Of a stretch of 64,000 nucleotides of DNA, positions 29,821-40,253 are shown piece by piece. Each line of letters starts with the position of its first letter. The first letter of the stretch is position 1. This stretch comes from Shigella phage ESh18: sequence record ON528728; one strand, written 5' to 3'. The position numbers were made by a program, and so were the translations under genes. The notes below the pieces were generated by a model. That model had not been told where the DNA came from and did no database searches. It saw nothing but the letters and a program-made list of their open reading frames with translations.

Positions 29821-30681
29821 TTACACCGCCATCTTTCCTTTAATAGGAGGGTGTGATTCATAGTTGTTAAGAACAAAATTATGCGGCTTTGCGAATTGAC
29901 TCAACCAAAATACCTGCGACTCTGTGTCCCATTCATCAAATTCATCTGGAAATTTTAATTGCAATTCGCATAAATCCATAGGTTCACGACGTAAAATTTC
30001 TTTACATTGTTCTACGTGATTCATATAGATATGAGTATTACCGCCAGAAAATATCAAATCTCCCGGAATAAGATTACACATCTTAGCTACAATATGAACT
30101 AACGTAGCATATGATGCAATATTAAATGGAAGACCGAGGAAAACATCTACCGAACGTTGATACCACTGGAGGTCAAGGTATCCGTTACGAACATTAAATT
30201 GATAGAACATATGACAAGGCGGTAATGCCATATATTTAAGTTCAGCTGGATTCCATGCAGAAACAATTTGACGCCTATCATTTGGCAGTTTTTTAATACG
30301 ATCAATAACTTCTATAATTTGGTCTACACCGCCAAAATCACGCCACTGTTTTCCATAAATTGGACCAAGTTCACCACTATGATATCCTAGGTCTTTAGCC
30401 TGGTTTTCATAGTTATCGTCCCAAATAGTTTTACCTTGAATAAGACTACCATGAGTGCGAAGACGTAAATCATTAACATTGGTAGAACCGGAAATAAACC
30501 ATAGAAGCTCAGCAATACATGCATTCCAGGCGAGCTTCTTAGTTGTTACTGCAGGAAAACCTTTAGTTAAATCCCAGCGTAATTTAGTACCGAACAAAGC
30601 AATTGTTCCTGTGCCTGTTCGGTCATCGGTTTCATAACCATTTTCAAAAATGTCTTTAATTAAATCTTGGTATTGTTTCAT
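29821..30681 (-). CDS. td: thymidylate synthase (uninterrupted)
   Basis: 286 aa continuous ORF, N-terminus [17 protein letters not shown] as in T4 TS; no intron. Confidence 0.9.
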
Positions 30682-30684
30682 TTA
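30676..30684. repeat. 9-bp direct repeat TTTCATTTA (copy 1, spans td start codon)
   Basis: Exact 9-mer repeated at 31092-31100. Confidence 0.8.
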
Positions 30685-30725
30685 GTACCTTATATAAATT
30701 ATAATACATTTTATGAAGCTAATAA

Positions 30726-31073
30726 TCAATACGGTTTAGCATCAAATTTTCTCTCAATTTCAGGCGTGAAATATAATTCTTTACCGCGTTTGGAAAAGCG
30801 ACCAATAATATGATAATTATTCTCATCAAACGTAATATTACCAATATCCATAGCTTTCAACCAAATATCGATATTTCTATCCAGCTTTATGTCAAAATTC
30901 CAATACGGAGAACTATTACCGAAAATACTGCAAGCGGATTCAGTGAAACAACTGCTATAAATCTTGTCTTTAGGAACTACTAATTGATAGACACCTTTAA
31001 TAAACTGAGGACCCTGCCACTTTGGCTGTTTCGCGTCTTTTTCTAATAGAATAGGGTAATAATTAAAATTCAT
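30726..31073 (-). CDS. hypothetical protein, 115 aa from ATG (119 aa from GTG), inside the frd-td insertion
   Basis: ORF track; no recognisable motif. Confidence 0.45.
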   Translation of the reverse strand: MNFNYYPILLEKDAKQPKWQGPQFIKGVYQLVVPKDKIYSSCFTESACSIFGNSSPYWNFDIKLDRNIDIWLKAMDIGNITFDENNYHIIGRFSKRGKELYFTPEIERKFDAKPY

Positions 31074-31091
31074 ATTTTCCGCCACGCGTTA

Positions 31092-31914
<823 letters not shown>

Positions 31915-31923
31915 TATATTTCC

Positions 31924-32166
31924 TCAAACAGACTTTTTCACAATTTTCCAATCAGCTTTAAACTGCTCGACGTCAGAATGGTAAATCCAAAATCCTGCGC
32001 TTTCTCCGTCTTCATAAAGAGGACATCCATCGCATTCATCTTCCCATCCCATGTCACGTAAAAGATGTTCAGCTTTTTCAACGAGATCAGAATCTTTACC
32101 GATGATATTAAAATACCATTTACCTCTAACTTCTGAATCTTTGATGCTCTGGCGTTGTAATCTCAT
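31924..32166 (-). CDS. hypothetical protein, 80 aa (Cys-rich)
   Basis: ORF track. Confidence 0.5.
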   Translation of the reverse strand: MRLQRQSIKDSEVRGKWYFNIIGKDSDLVEKAEHLLRDMGWEDECDGCPLYEDGESAGFWIYHSDVEQFKADWKIVKKSV

Positions 32167-32275
32167 TTTATTCTCCTTAGCAAGCTTTAATCAAAAGATA
32201 TAAACAGACCAACATAACTGCTGCCATAATATAAGGTGCGAACATTTTCTTTTCTCCATTAGTTTTGATAGGGTA

Positions 32276-32305
32276 ATAGTATCACACTACTACCCTACTG
32301 TAAAC
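32276..32305 (-). promoter_or_regulatory. early promoter: -35 GTTTAC, 18-bp spacer, -10 TACTAT
   Basis: Minus strand GTTTACagtagggtagtagtgtgaTACTAT. Confidence 0.55.
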
Positions 32306-32685
32306 TACTTTTTGAAAGTTTTTTGCAAAAGTTCAATGATTTCATCTACATTGTTTTCGTCAACAATGCAGTGAATTTTTGTTACGCCAGAAACCTTGTC
32401 TTTGACTTCATCTTCTTCAGAAGTCGGTTCTTTATACTCACGAAAACAATGAAATTCATCTTCGCAAATTTCTAAAAGTCTATCTTTGAGGTAAAAATGC
32501 TTTCCATTTGCGCATTCAATGTGTTTTACTGCTTTATATCCATTAGCGACGGAAACTTCTTTAACTTCAAACCATCCGCCATTATCTCGAATAGCTTTAA
32601 CGATTGATGAATTAGAACGTGGGCTATAATTAATAAATGTATCAATAAGTCTTGGAACAAGTTCATACTTTTTGCCAATATACAT
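32305..32685 (-). CDS. hypothetical protein, 126 aa
   Basis: ORF track. Confidence 0.5.
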   Translation of the reverse strand: MYIGKKYELVPRLIDTFINYSPRSNSSIVKAIRDNGGWFEVKEVSVANGYKAVKHIECANGKHFYLKDRLLEICEDEFHCFREYKEPTSEEDEVKDKVSGVTKIHCIVDENNVDEIIELLQKTFKK

Positions 32686-32728
32686 TACGTTTCCTCATTT
32701 TGATAGGGGCTTAATAGCCCCTTGATAA

Positions 32729-32956
32729 TTATTGTTCAATCAATCCCATGTAAAATTCTGCGTCTTCAGAATCCATACCATCACAATATTCATTAGCCAT
32801 AAAGCGGGTGAGGTCTTCAAGAGGACCTTCAATAACGATTTGAATACTCCAAAACTTAGAATCTTGTACGCTTGTGATACTAAGTTCAGGATAACGATTA
32901 CGAATAATCTCTTCAATATATTCAAAATCAACGATGTCAATATCAACTTTAGCCAT
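32729..32956 (-). CDS. hypothetical acidic protein, 75 aa from internal ATG
   Basis: ATG 32956 after AAAGAGGAAAA; track start 33019 (TTG) lies inside the upstream promoter. Confidence 0.5.
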   Translation of the reverse strand: MAKVDIDIVDFEYIEEIIRNRYPELSITSVQDSKFWSIQIVIEGPLEDLTRFMANEYCDGMDSEDAEFYMGLIEQ

Positions 32957-32999
32957 ATTATTTTCCTCTTTAATCATCAGCAGTATTGCCGATAGTTGT

Positions 33000-33029
33000 A
33001 TAGTACCATGGAAGGACAAGGATGTAAAC
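33000..33029 (-). promoter_or_regulatory. early promoter: -35 GTTTAC, 18-bp spacer, -10 TACTAT
   Basis: Minus strand GTTTACatccttgtccttccatggTACTATACAACTATC. Confidence 0.55.
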
Positions 33030-33059
33030 CGTTTTGTGAAAAAAATTTGAAATAAAAAA

Positions 33060-33079
33060 GGGGACCTCTAGAGGTCCCC
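33060..33079 (-). terminator. terminator downstream of gene 32: 20-bp perfect palindrome GGGGACCTCTAGAGGTCCCC
   Basis: 8-bp stem; U-tract follows on the minus transcript. Confidence 0.7.
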
Positions 33080-33101
33080 AATTAATTAGTAATATAATCT
33101 A

Positions 33102-34010
33102 TTAAAGGTCATTCAAAAGGTCATCTAGGTCCGTGTCATCAGCACTAGATGAACTGCCAGAGCTTGAGCTCATAAAATCATCTTCAGTTTTTGTATTGAA
33201 GTCATCAACATTGAATGCATCCAAATCATCAGCAACTTTATCAGCTTTCTTAGCAGCAGTTGCTGCCGCACCGCCCATCACAGCAGTTCCCATAATTTGA
33301 CCGAATTTAGTGCTCAGTTCTTCAAATGATTTGAATTTATCTTTAGAAGTCATTTCAGAAAGGTCAACCATTTGTTCGAACAGTTCTTTCTGGAAAGATT
33401 CATCATCAATGTTTGGAATCGCAGATTGATTCAGGAATTTAGATTCGTCGTAGTTACTAAATCCAGAAACCTGTTTAACTTTCAGTACAAAGTTAGCACC
33501 TTCCCACGGACAAGTTACATCAACCGGAGTTTCACCCATTTCAACATCAACCGCAATCATCGCGTTGATTTTATCCCAGATTTTCTTACCGAAACGATAT
33601 TTAAATACTTTACCTTCATTTTCTGGAGCAGCTGGGTCTTTTACAACAAGAATATTAGCCCAGTAAGAAGTTTTACGTTTAACAAGACTGTACTCTTTAT
33701 TGTCAGTGTTGTACAGATCATTTTTACTAATGTATTGACATACTGGGCAAGAATCGTAATCACCGTGGGTAGATGAACAGTTTTCAATATACCATTTACC
33801 ATTTTTCTTGAAACCGTGATTTACAAGAATTGCGAATGGTGCTTGTTCATCATTTTTAGACGGAAGAAAACGAATTACTGCTTGACCGTTACCCGCATTG
33901 TCGAGTTTCAGTTTCCACTCGCCTTTATCTTCAGAAGAAAAACCACCTTTATTTCCAGCCAGTTTAGCCATTTGTGCAGCGAGTTCAGCAGTAGATTTAC
34001 GTTTAAACAT
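33102..34010 (-). CDS. 32: gp32 single-stranded DNA-binding protein
   Basis: 302 aa; recognised as T4 gp32 (zinc-binding H/C cluster, acidic C-terminus). Confidence 0.9.
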   Translation of the reverse strand: MFKRKSTAELAAQMAKLAGNKGGFSSEDKGEWKLKLDNAGNGQAVIRFLPSKNDEQAPFAILVNHGFKKNGKWYIENCSSTHGDYDSCPVCQYISKNDLYNTDNKEYSLVKRKTSYWANILVVKDPAAPENEGKVFKYRFGKKIWDKINAMIAVDVEMGETPVDVTCPWEGANFVLKVKQVSGFSNYDESKFLNQSAIPNIDDESFQKELFEQMVDLSEMTSKDKFKSFEELSTKFGQIMGTAVMGGAAATAAKKADKVADDLDAFNVDDFNTKTEDDFMSSSSGSSSSADDTDLDDLLNDL

Positions 34011-34080
34011 TTTTATTTCCTTTTTAATTTAATTAACAGTTGGTGCTATGACGATGTATGACCTCATAGCTGGTCAGTGA
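34011..34080 (-). promoter_or_regulatory. gene 32 autoregulatory translational operator (pseudoknot plus A/U-rich tract)
   Basis: mRNA reads ...UGACCAGCUAUGAGGUCAUACAUCGUCAUAGCA...UUAAUUAAAUUAAAAAGGAAAUAAAAAUG; pseudoknot stems 34046-34076. Confidence 0.65.
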
Positions 34081-34093
34081 GATAATTATAATC

Positions 34094-34101
34094 TATTTAT
34101 A
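34094..34101 (-). promoter_or_regulatory. late promoter TATAAATA upstream of gene 32
   Basis: Minus-strand TATAAATA. Confidence 0.5.
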
Positions 34102-34109
34102 ATAAGCAA

Positions 34110-34763
34110 TTAATACTTACAAGATTTCACAGTTTCAATGAAAACACTTTTAGCTTTCTGTGAATCAATATTTAAAATTTTTCTATAAGCCTTTAACTTT
34201 ATAGAATAATTATTCCAGACTAAATTATCAGTCTGTTCATCGTGTTTATCAATTATATTTAAAAATGAATCAAGCAAGATAAACGTCTCAAACGAAATTA
34301 TGTTCGATTGCAGAAGTTTAAAAATATAACTTGACTGAACTTTTGGATTATACTCAAAAATTTCTTTAAAAGCAGAAACTTCAACTTTTTTACTAAAATA
34401 ATAAATGTTGCGAATATCTTCTTCAAACTTAAATTTAATTTGCTTTAAGCGTCCGATATATTCACGATAAAACACAAGTGCATCAGCGTCAGAGATGTCA
34501 CCAATCCAAGCATCTTGGTTAGCAACCAAATTACTTATAAAGATTAAAGCAAGTTCCTTTAATTTATATTTTTCTGATAACTTCTGGAAAAAATACTTAT
34601 CCCTTCGCTTTTGATAAGCGGCATCAGACACCCGCATGCACCAATTATACTTAATTACATCATACTTTCCATTCATATGTTGTTTTATCATTAAGTATAA
34701 TTTATAAACTGATTTACCATCAATGTATCTTTCACCACCAGCAGGCATGCGGAGTTTAATCAT
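34110..34763 (-). CDS. 59: gp59 helicase loader
   Basis: 217 aa, N-terminus MIKLRMPAGG as in T4 gp59. Confidence 0.9.
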   Translation of the reverse strand: MIKLRMPAGGERYIDGKSVYKLYLMIKQHMNGKYDVIKYNWCMRVSDAAYQKRRDKYFFQKLSEKYKLKELALIFISNLVANQDAWIGDISDADALVFYREYIGRLKQIKFKFEEDIRNIYYFSKKVEVSAFKEIFEYNPKVQSSYIFKLLQSNIISFETFILLDSFLNIIDKHDEQTDNLVWNNYSIKLKAYRKILNIDSQKAKSVFIETVKSCKY

Positions 34764-35098
34764 AGTAGAAAATCTAATGTATTAGTTTTTTCACAACGAA
34801 CAACAGAAGGACGTAAAAGATTTTCGTCAATGGCTTCTGACTGAATTTTTTCAATTATACCCGAAGGAATAAATTTAGCAAATTGAGTTTCAGGAATAGA
34901 ATTTTCTTCCAAGAATGCTGTCGTAGCTTCAAGATAACTCATTCCAAACTCTTCTACCATTTTTTCAATAATAAATCCATTTTCTTGACGATCAAGAAGC
35001 TTTGCTATTTCATCCTTTTCTTTCTTAATTGAAAGTTCTTTTTCTGAAAGACCGGTCTCATCGACCGGACGAATATCATTTAGAGAAAACTGTGTCAT
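34760..35098 (-). CDS. 33: gp33 late-transcription co-activator
   Basis: 112 aa from ATG 35098; track start 35107 is TTG. Confidence 0.8.
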   Translation of the reverse strand: MTQFSLNDIRPVDETGLSEKELSIKKEKDEIAKLLDRQENGFIIEKMVEEFGMSYLEATTAFLEENSIPETQFAKFIPSGIIEKIQSEAIDENLLRPSVVRCEKTNTLDFLL

Positions 35099-35345
35099 AA
35101 AGTTCAACTACCTCTTCAGTTTCAGCTTCAAACACATCACGATTATCTTTATGATACAAAGCTAACAAACGATTAAACATCTTACCATCAACGCCAAGTT
35201 CATCTTTGGCACGAATTCGAATATCTTTAATCAATTCATTATAACCAGAAATTTTCAGTTTATGATCAGATGCTTCTTTAATAAATTTAGCCAAATCTTC
35301 GCCATGGATAGCTTCATCAAATTCAACCATTTCTTTTTTAGCCAT
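35076..35345 (-). CDS. dsbA: DsbA (dsDNA-binding late transcription factor)
   Basis: 89 aa as in T4; synteny. Confidence 0.8.
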   Translation of the reverse strand: MAKKEMVEFDEAIHGEDLAKFIKEASDHKLKISGYNELIKDIRIRAKDELGVDGKMFNRLLALYHKDNRDVFEAETEEVVELYDTVFSK

Positions 35346-35353
35346 TATTCACC

Positions 35354-36271
35354 TCAAAATTCATTAATGCTATTAGTTAATTTAGAAAGACCCGCTTTTA
35401 CAAAATATGAATAAATTTTGCCACGCGGTGGTAATTTATATGAATTATAGTAATTCACAATGTTTGAAGCAATATTATCAGGAATATAATCAAAATCAAT
35501 TAGAACTAAATTTTCTTTATAACGATTATATTCAGATTCTGTGAGAAGCACCTTAGCTTGCTCACGGTCATTAGCAATAGCTTCAACGATTGAAGTTTTC
35601 ATTGAAGGAGTTCGTTCACCTTCAACTTTGGTAAACCAAAAGTCAGATCGTACTTTAACTGAAGCAACGTTATCCTTTTTGTCGCCTTTAAGGATTTTAG
35701 TCATACAGTCAATTTCAGCAGAACCGCTTTTAATTTTAACCCATTTCTTGTGCATCGGTGACCATTGCTTAACATTTGGGTATTTGTGAAGCTGTGTAAA
35801 GTCACCATCCGACGAAATGATTAAAATCTTATGTCCTTCTAAAGAGAACTTTTTAACAAGAACAGCAATATGGTCATCTGCTTCATACTTATCAATATCC
35901 ATAACAATGTATGGCATATAAGCTTTCAATTCATCTATAACTTTATGGCTGGATTCAAAATAACCTTCCCAGTCCCAAGTAGATTCTTCTCGTGCTTTTC
36001 CACGGTTTTTCTTGTAATAATACGCAAAATCACGACGCCAGTATCCAGATTTCGCGTTATCAATACACAGTACAATTTTAGTGTATCCAAGCGTTTTTGC
36101 TTTTTTGACATTAAACTTAATTGAGTTCAATATCAAATGACGAACCATTGATAAATTAATTTTTTCTTTATCTGGGAAGTTTACTAAAGCAGTTGAAAGC
36201 GCAATTTGACTAAAGTCAATAAAGCAAATTCCTTCTTTGTAATCTTCATCCAACATCATTTCTAAATCCAT
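35354..36271 (-). CDS. rnh: RNase H / FEN-family 5' nuclease
   Basis: 305 aa from MDLEMMLDED; track start 36286 is TTG. Confidence 0.9.
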   Translation of the reverse strand: MDLEMMLDEDYKEGICFIDFSQIALSTALVNFPDKEKINLSMVRHLILNSIKFNVKKAKTLGYTKIVLCIDNAKSGYWRRDFAYYYKKNRGKAREESTWDWEGYFESSHKVIDELKAYMPYIVMDIDKYEADDHIAVLVKKFSLEGHKILIISSDGDFTQLHKYPNVKQWSPMHKKWVKIKSGSAEIDCMTKILKGDKKDNVASVKVRSDFWFTKVEGERTPSMKTSIVEAIANDREQAKVLLTESEYNRYKENLVLIDFDYIPDNIASNIVNYYNSYKLPPRGKIYSYFVKAGLSKLTNSINEF

Positions 36272-36300
36272 ATGAACCTCGTTCAATTAGTGAGATTTCT

Positions 36301-36330
36301 ATTATATACCATCCAAATCTTAAAGTAAAC
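36301..36330 (-). promoter_or_regulatory. early promoter for rnh: -35 GTTTAC, 18-bp spacer, -10 TATAAT
   Basis: Minus strand GTTTACtttaagatttggatggtaTATAAT. Confidence 0.55.
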
Positions 36331-36333
36331 AAG

Positions 36334-36341
36334 TATAAATA
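36334..36341 (+). promoter_or_regulatory. late promoter TATAAATA for gene 34
   Basis: Plus-strand TATAAATACTTATT 35 nt upstream of the gene 34 ATG. Confidence 0.65.
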
Positions 36342-36375
36342 CTTATTATTGAAAACACAATAGGAGCCCGGGAGA

Positions 36376-39300
36376 ATGGCCGAGATTAAAAGAAAGTTCA
36401 GAGCAGAAGACGGTCTGGACGCAGGTGGTGATAAAATAATCAACGTAGCTTTAGCTGATCGTACCGTAGGAACTGACGGTGTTAACGTTGATTACTTAAT
36501 TCAAGAAAACACAGTTCAACAATATGATCCAACTCGTGGATATTTAAAAGATTTTGTAATCATTTATGATAACCGCTTTTGGGCTGCTATAAATGATATT
36601 CCAAAACCGGCAGGAGCTTTTAATAGCGGACGCTGGAGAGCATTACGTACCGATGCTAACTGGATTACAGTCTCATCTGGTTCATATCAATTAAAATCTG
36701 GTGAAGCTATTTCGGTTAACACTGCAGCTGGTAATGATATTACATTTACTTTACCATCTACTCCAATTGACGGTGATACTATCGTTCTCCAAGATATTGG
36801 AGGAAAACCTGGAGTTAACCAAGTTTTAATTGTAGCTCCAGTGCAAAGTATTGTAAACTTCAGAGGCGAGCAAGTACGTTCAGTACTAATGACTCATCCA
36901 AAGTCACAGTTAGTTTTAATTTTTAGTAATCGTCTGTGGCAAATGTATGTAGCTGATTATAGTAGAGAAGCTGTAGTTGTAACACCAGCGAATACTTATC
37001 AAGCACAATCCAACGATTTTATCGTACGTAGATTTACTTCTGCTGCACCGATAAATATTAAACTTCCGAGATTTGCTAATCACGGCGATATTATTAATTT
37101 CGTCGATTTGGATAAATTAAACCCTCTTTATCATACAATTGTTACGACATATGATGAAACAACATCAGTACAAGAAGATGGAACTCATTCCATTGAAGGC
37201 CGTACATCGATTGACGGTTTCTTGATGTTTGATGATAATGAGAAATTATGGAGATTGTTTGACGGGGACAGTAAAGCACGTTTACGTATCATAACGACTA
37301 ATTCAAATATTCGTCCAAACGAAGAAGTTATGGTATTTGGTGCAAATAACGGAACAACTCAAACGATTGAGCTTCAGCTTCCAACTAATATTTCTGTTGG
37401 TGATACTGTTAAAATTTCCATGAATTACATGAGAAAAGGACAAACAGTTAAAATCAAAGCTGCAGGTGAAGATAAAATTGCTTCTTCAGTTCAATTGCTG
37501 CAATTCCCAAAACGTTCAGAATATCCGCCTGAAGCTGAATGGGTGACTGTTCAAGAATTAGTTTTTAACGGTGAAACTAATTATGTTCCAGTTTTACAAC
37601 TTGCTTATATAGAAGATTCTGATGGAAAATACTGGGTTGTACAACAAAACGTTCCAACTGTAGAAAGAGTTGATTCTTTAAATGATTCTACTAGAGCAAG
37701 ATTAGGCGTGATTGCTTTAGCTACACAAGCGCAAGCTAATGTCGATTTAGAAAATTCTCCACAAAAAGAATTAGCAATTACTCCAGAAACATTAGCTAAC
37801 CGTACTGCTACAGAAACTCGTAGAGGTATCGCAAGAATAGCAACTACTGCTCAAGTGAATCAGAACACCACATTCTCTTTTGCTGATGACCTTATCATCA
37901 CTCCTAAAAAGCTGAATGAAAGAACTGCTACAGAAACTCGCAGAGGTGTCGCAGAAATTGCTACACAACAGGAAACTAATACAGGTACTGATGATACTAC
38001 AATCATCACTCCTAAAAAGCTTCAAGCTCGTCAAGGTTCTGAATCATTATCTGGTATTGTAACTTTTGTATCTACTGCAGGAGCTACTCCAGCTTCTAGT
38101 CGTGAATTAAATGGTACGAATGTTTATAATAAAAACACTAATAATTTAGTTGTTTCACCTAAAGCTTTGGATCAGTATAAAGCTACTCCAACACAGCAAG
38201 GTGCAGTAATTTTAGCAGTTGAAAGTGAAGTAATTGCTGGACAAAGTCAGGAAGGATGGGCAAATGCTGTTGTAACGCCAGAAACGTTACATAAAAAGAC
38301 ATCAACTGATGGAAGAATTGGTTTAATTGAAATTGCTACACAAAGTGAAGTTAATACAGGAACTGATTATACTCGTGCAGTCACTCCTAAAACTTTAAAT
38401 GACCGTAAAGCAACTGAAAGTTTAAGTGGTATAGCTGAAATTGCTACACAAGTTGAATTCGACGCAGGCGTCGACGATACTCGTATCTCTACACCATTAA
38501 AAATTAAAACTAGATTTAATAGTACTGATCGTACTTCTGTTGTTGCTCTATCTGGATTAGTTGAATCAGGAACTCTCTGGGACCATTATACCCTTAATAT
38601 TCTTGAAGCAAATGAGACGCAACGTGGTACACTTCGTGTAGCTACACAAGTTGAAGCTGCTGCAGGAACATTAGATAATGTTTTAATAACTCCTAAAAAG
38701 CTTTTAGGTACTAAATCTACCGAATCGCAAGAAGGTGTTATTAAAGTTGCAACTCAAGCTGAAACCGTAGCTGGAACATCAGCAAATACTGCTGTATCTC
38801 CAAAAAATTTAAAATGGATTGTGCAGAGTGAACCTACCTGGGCAGCTACTACTGCAATAAGAGGTTTTGTTAAAACTTCATCTGGTTCAATTACATTCGT
38901 TGGTAATGATACAGTCGGTTCTACCCAAGATTTAGAACTGTATGAGAAAAATAGCTATGCGGTATCACCGTATGAATTAAACCGTGTATTAGCAAATTAT
39001 TTGCCATTAAAAGCAAAAGCTGCTGATACAAATTTATTGGATGGTCTAGATTCATCTCAGTTCATTCGTAGGGATATCGCACAGACGGTTAATGGTTCAC
39101 TAACCTTAACACAACAAACGAATCTGAGTGCCCCTCTTGTATCATCTAGTACTGCTACGTTTGGTGGTTCAGTTTCGGCAAATAGTACATTAACTATTTC
39201 TAATACTGGAACGGTAACTCGTCTGATTTTTGAGAAAGGACCTCAAACTGGAACTAACCCAGCGCAGACGATGACTATTAGAGTTTGGGGAAATCAGTTT

Positions 39301-40245
39301 GGTGGCGGATCAGATACAACACGTTCTACTGTATTTGAAGTTGGTGATGAAACATCTAATCACTTTTATTCTCAACGTAATAAAGCTGGTAATATTACGT
39401 TTAGCATTAATGGTACTGTGATGCCAATAAATGTTAACGCTTCCGGTTCATTGAATGCGAATGGCGTAGCAACATTTGGTAGTTCAGTTACAGCCAATGG
39501 TGAATTCATTAGCAAGTCTGCAAATGCTTTCAGAGCAATAAACGGTGATTATGGATTCTTTATCAGGAATGATGGCGGCAGCACATATTTTATGCTTACT
39601 GCATCGGGTGATCAGACTGGCGGATTTAATGGATTACGTCCTTTAGCTATTAATAATGCATCTGGTCAAGTAACTATTGGTGAAAGCTTAATCATTGCCA
39701 AAGGTGCTACTATAAATTCAGGTGGTTTAACTGTTAACTCGAGAATTCGTTCTCAGGGCACTAAAACTTCTGACTTATATACCCGTGCGCCAACATCTGA
39801 TACTGTAGGATTCTGGTCAATCGATATTAATGATTCAGCTACTTATAACCAATTCCCGGGTTATTTTAAAATGGTTGAAAAAACTAATGAAGTGACTGGA
39901 CTTCCATACTTAGAACGTGGCGAAGAAGTTAAATCTCCTGGTACATTGACTCAGTTTGGTAACACACTTGATTCGCTTTACCAAGATTGGATTACTTATC
40001 CAACGACTCCAGAAGCACGTACCACTCGCTGGACACGTACATGGCAGAAAACCAAAAATTCTTGGTCGAGTTTTGTTCAGGTATTTGATGGAGGTAACCC
40101 TCCTCAACCATCTGATATCGGTGCTTTGCCATCTGATAATGCTACAATGGGGAATCTTACTATTCGTGATTTCTTACGAATTGGTAATGTTCGCATTATT
40201 CCTGACCCAGTGAATAAATCTGTTAAATTTGAATGGATTGAATAA
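36376..40245 (+). CDS. 34: gp34 long tail fibre proximal subunit
   Basis: 1289 aa as in T4; internal repeats of the TETRRG..IAT..E.N.GTD.T..TPK.L type. Confidence 0.9.
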   Translation: MAEIKRKFRAEDGLDAGGDKIINVALADRTVGTDGVNVDYLIQENTVQQYDPTRGYLKDFVIIYDNRFWAAINDIPKPAGAFNSGRWRALRTDANWITVSSGSYQLKSGEAISVNTAAGNDITFTLPSTPIDGDTIVLQDIGGKPGVNQVLIVAPVQSIVNFRGEQVRSVLMTHPKSQLVLIFSNRLWQMYVADYSREAVVVTPANTYQAQSNDFIVRRFTSAAPINIKLPRFANHGDIINFVDLDKLNPLYHTIVTTYDETTSVQEDGTHSIEGRTSIDGFLMFDDNEKLWRLFDGDSKARLRIITTNSNIRPNEEVMVFGANNGTTQTIELQLPTNISVGDTVKISMNYMRKGQTVKIKAAGEDKIASSVQLLQFPKRSEYPPEAEWVTVQELVFNGETNYVPVLQLAYIEDSDGKYWVVQQNVPTVERVDSLNDSTRARLGVIALATQAQANVDLENSPQKELAITPETLANRTATETRRGIARIATTAQVNQNTTFSFADDLIITPKKLNERTATETRRGVAEIATQQETNTGTDDTTIITPKKLQARQGSESLSGIVTFVSTAGATPASSRELNGTNVYNKNTNNLVVSPKALDQYKATPTQQGAVILAVESEVIAGQSQEGWANAVVTPETLHKKTSTDGRIGLIEIATQSEVNTGTDYTRAVTPKTLNDRKATESLSGIAEIATQVEFDAGVDDTRISTPLKIKTRFNSTDRTSVVALSGLVESGTLWDHYTLNILEANETQRGTLRVATQVEAAAGTLDNVLITPKKLLGTKSTESQEGVIKVATQAETVAGTSANTAVSPKNLKWIVQSEPTWAATTAIRGFVKTSSGSITFVGNDTVGSTQDLELYEKNSYAVSPYELNRVLANYLPLKAKAADTNLLDGLDSSQFIRRDIAQTVNGSLTLTQQTNLSAPLVSSSTATFGGSVSANSTLTISNTGTVTRLIFEKGPQTGTNPAQTMTIRVWGNQFGGGSDTTRSTVFEVGDETSNHFYSQRNKAGNITFSINGTVMPINVNASGSLNANGVATFGSSVTANGEFISKSANAFRAINGDYGFFIRNDGGSTYFMLTASGDQTGGFNGLRPLAINNASGQVTIGESLIIAKGATINSGGLTVNSRIRSQGTKTSDLYTRAPTSDTVGFWSIDINDSATYNQFPGYFKMVEKTNEVTGLPYLERGEEVKSPGTLTQFGNTLDSLYQDWITYPTTPEARTTRWTRTWQKTKNSWSSFVQVFDGGNPPQPSDIGALPSDNATMGNLTIRDFLRIGNVRIIPDPVNKSVKFEWIE

Positions 40246-40253
40246 GAGGTATT

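Noticed and set aside
25772-30681. Group I introns in nrdB and td
   Set aside because: Searched for because T4 has them; both ORFs are continuous at full length, so no intron is present.
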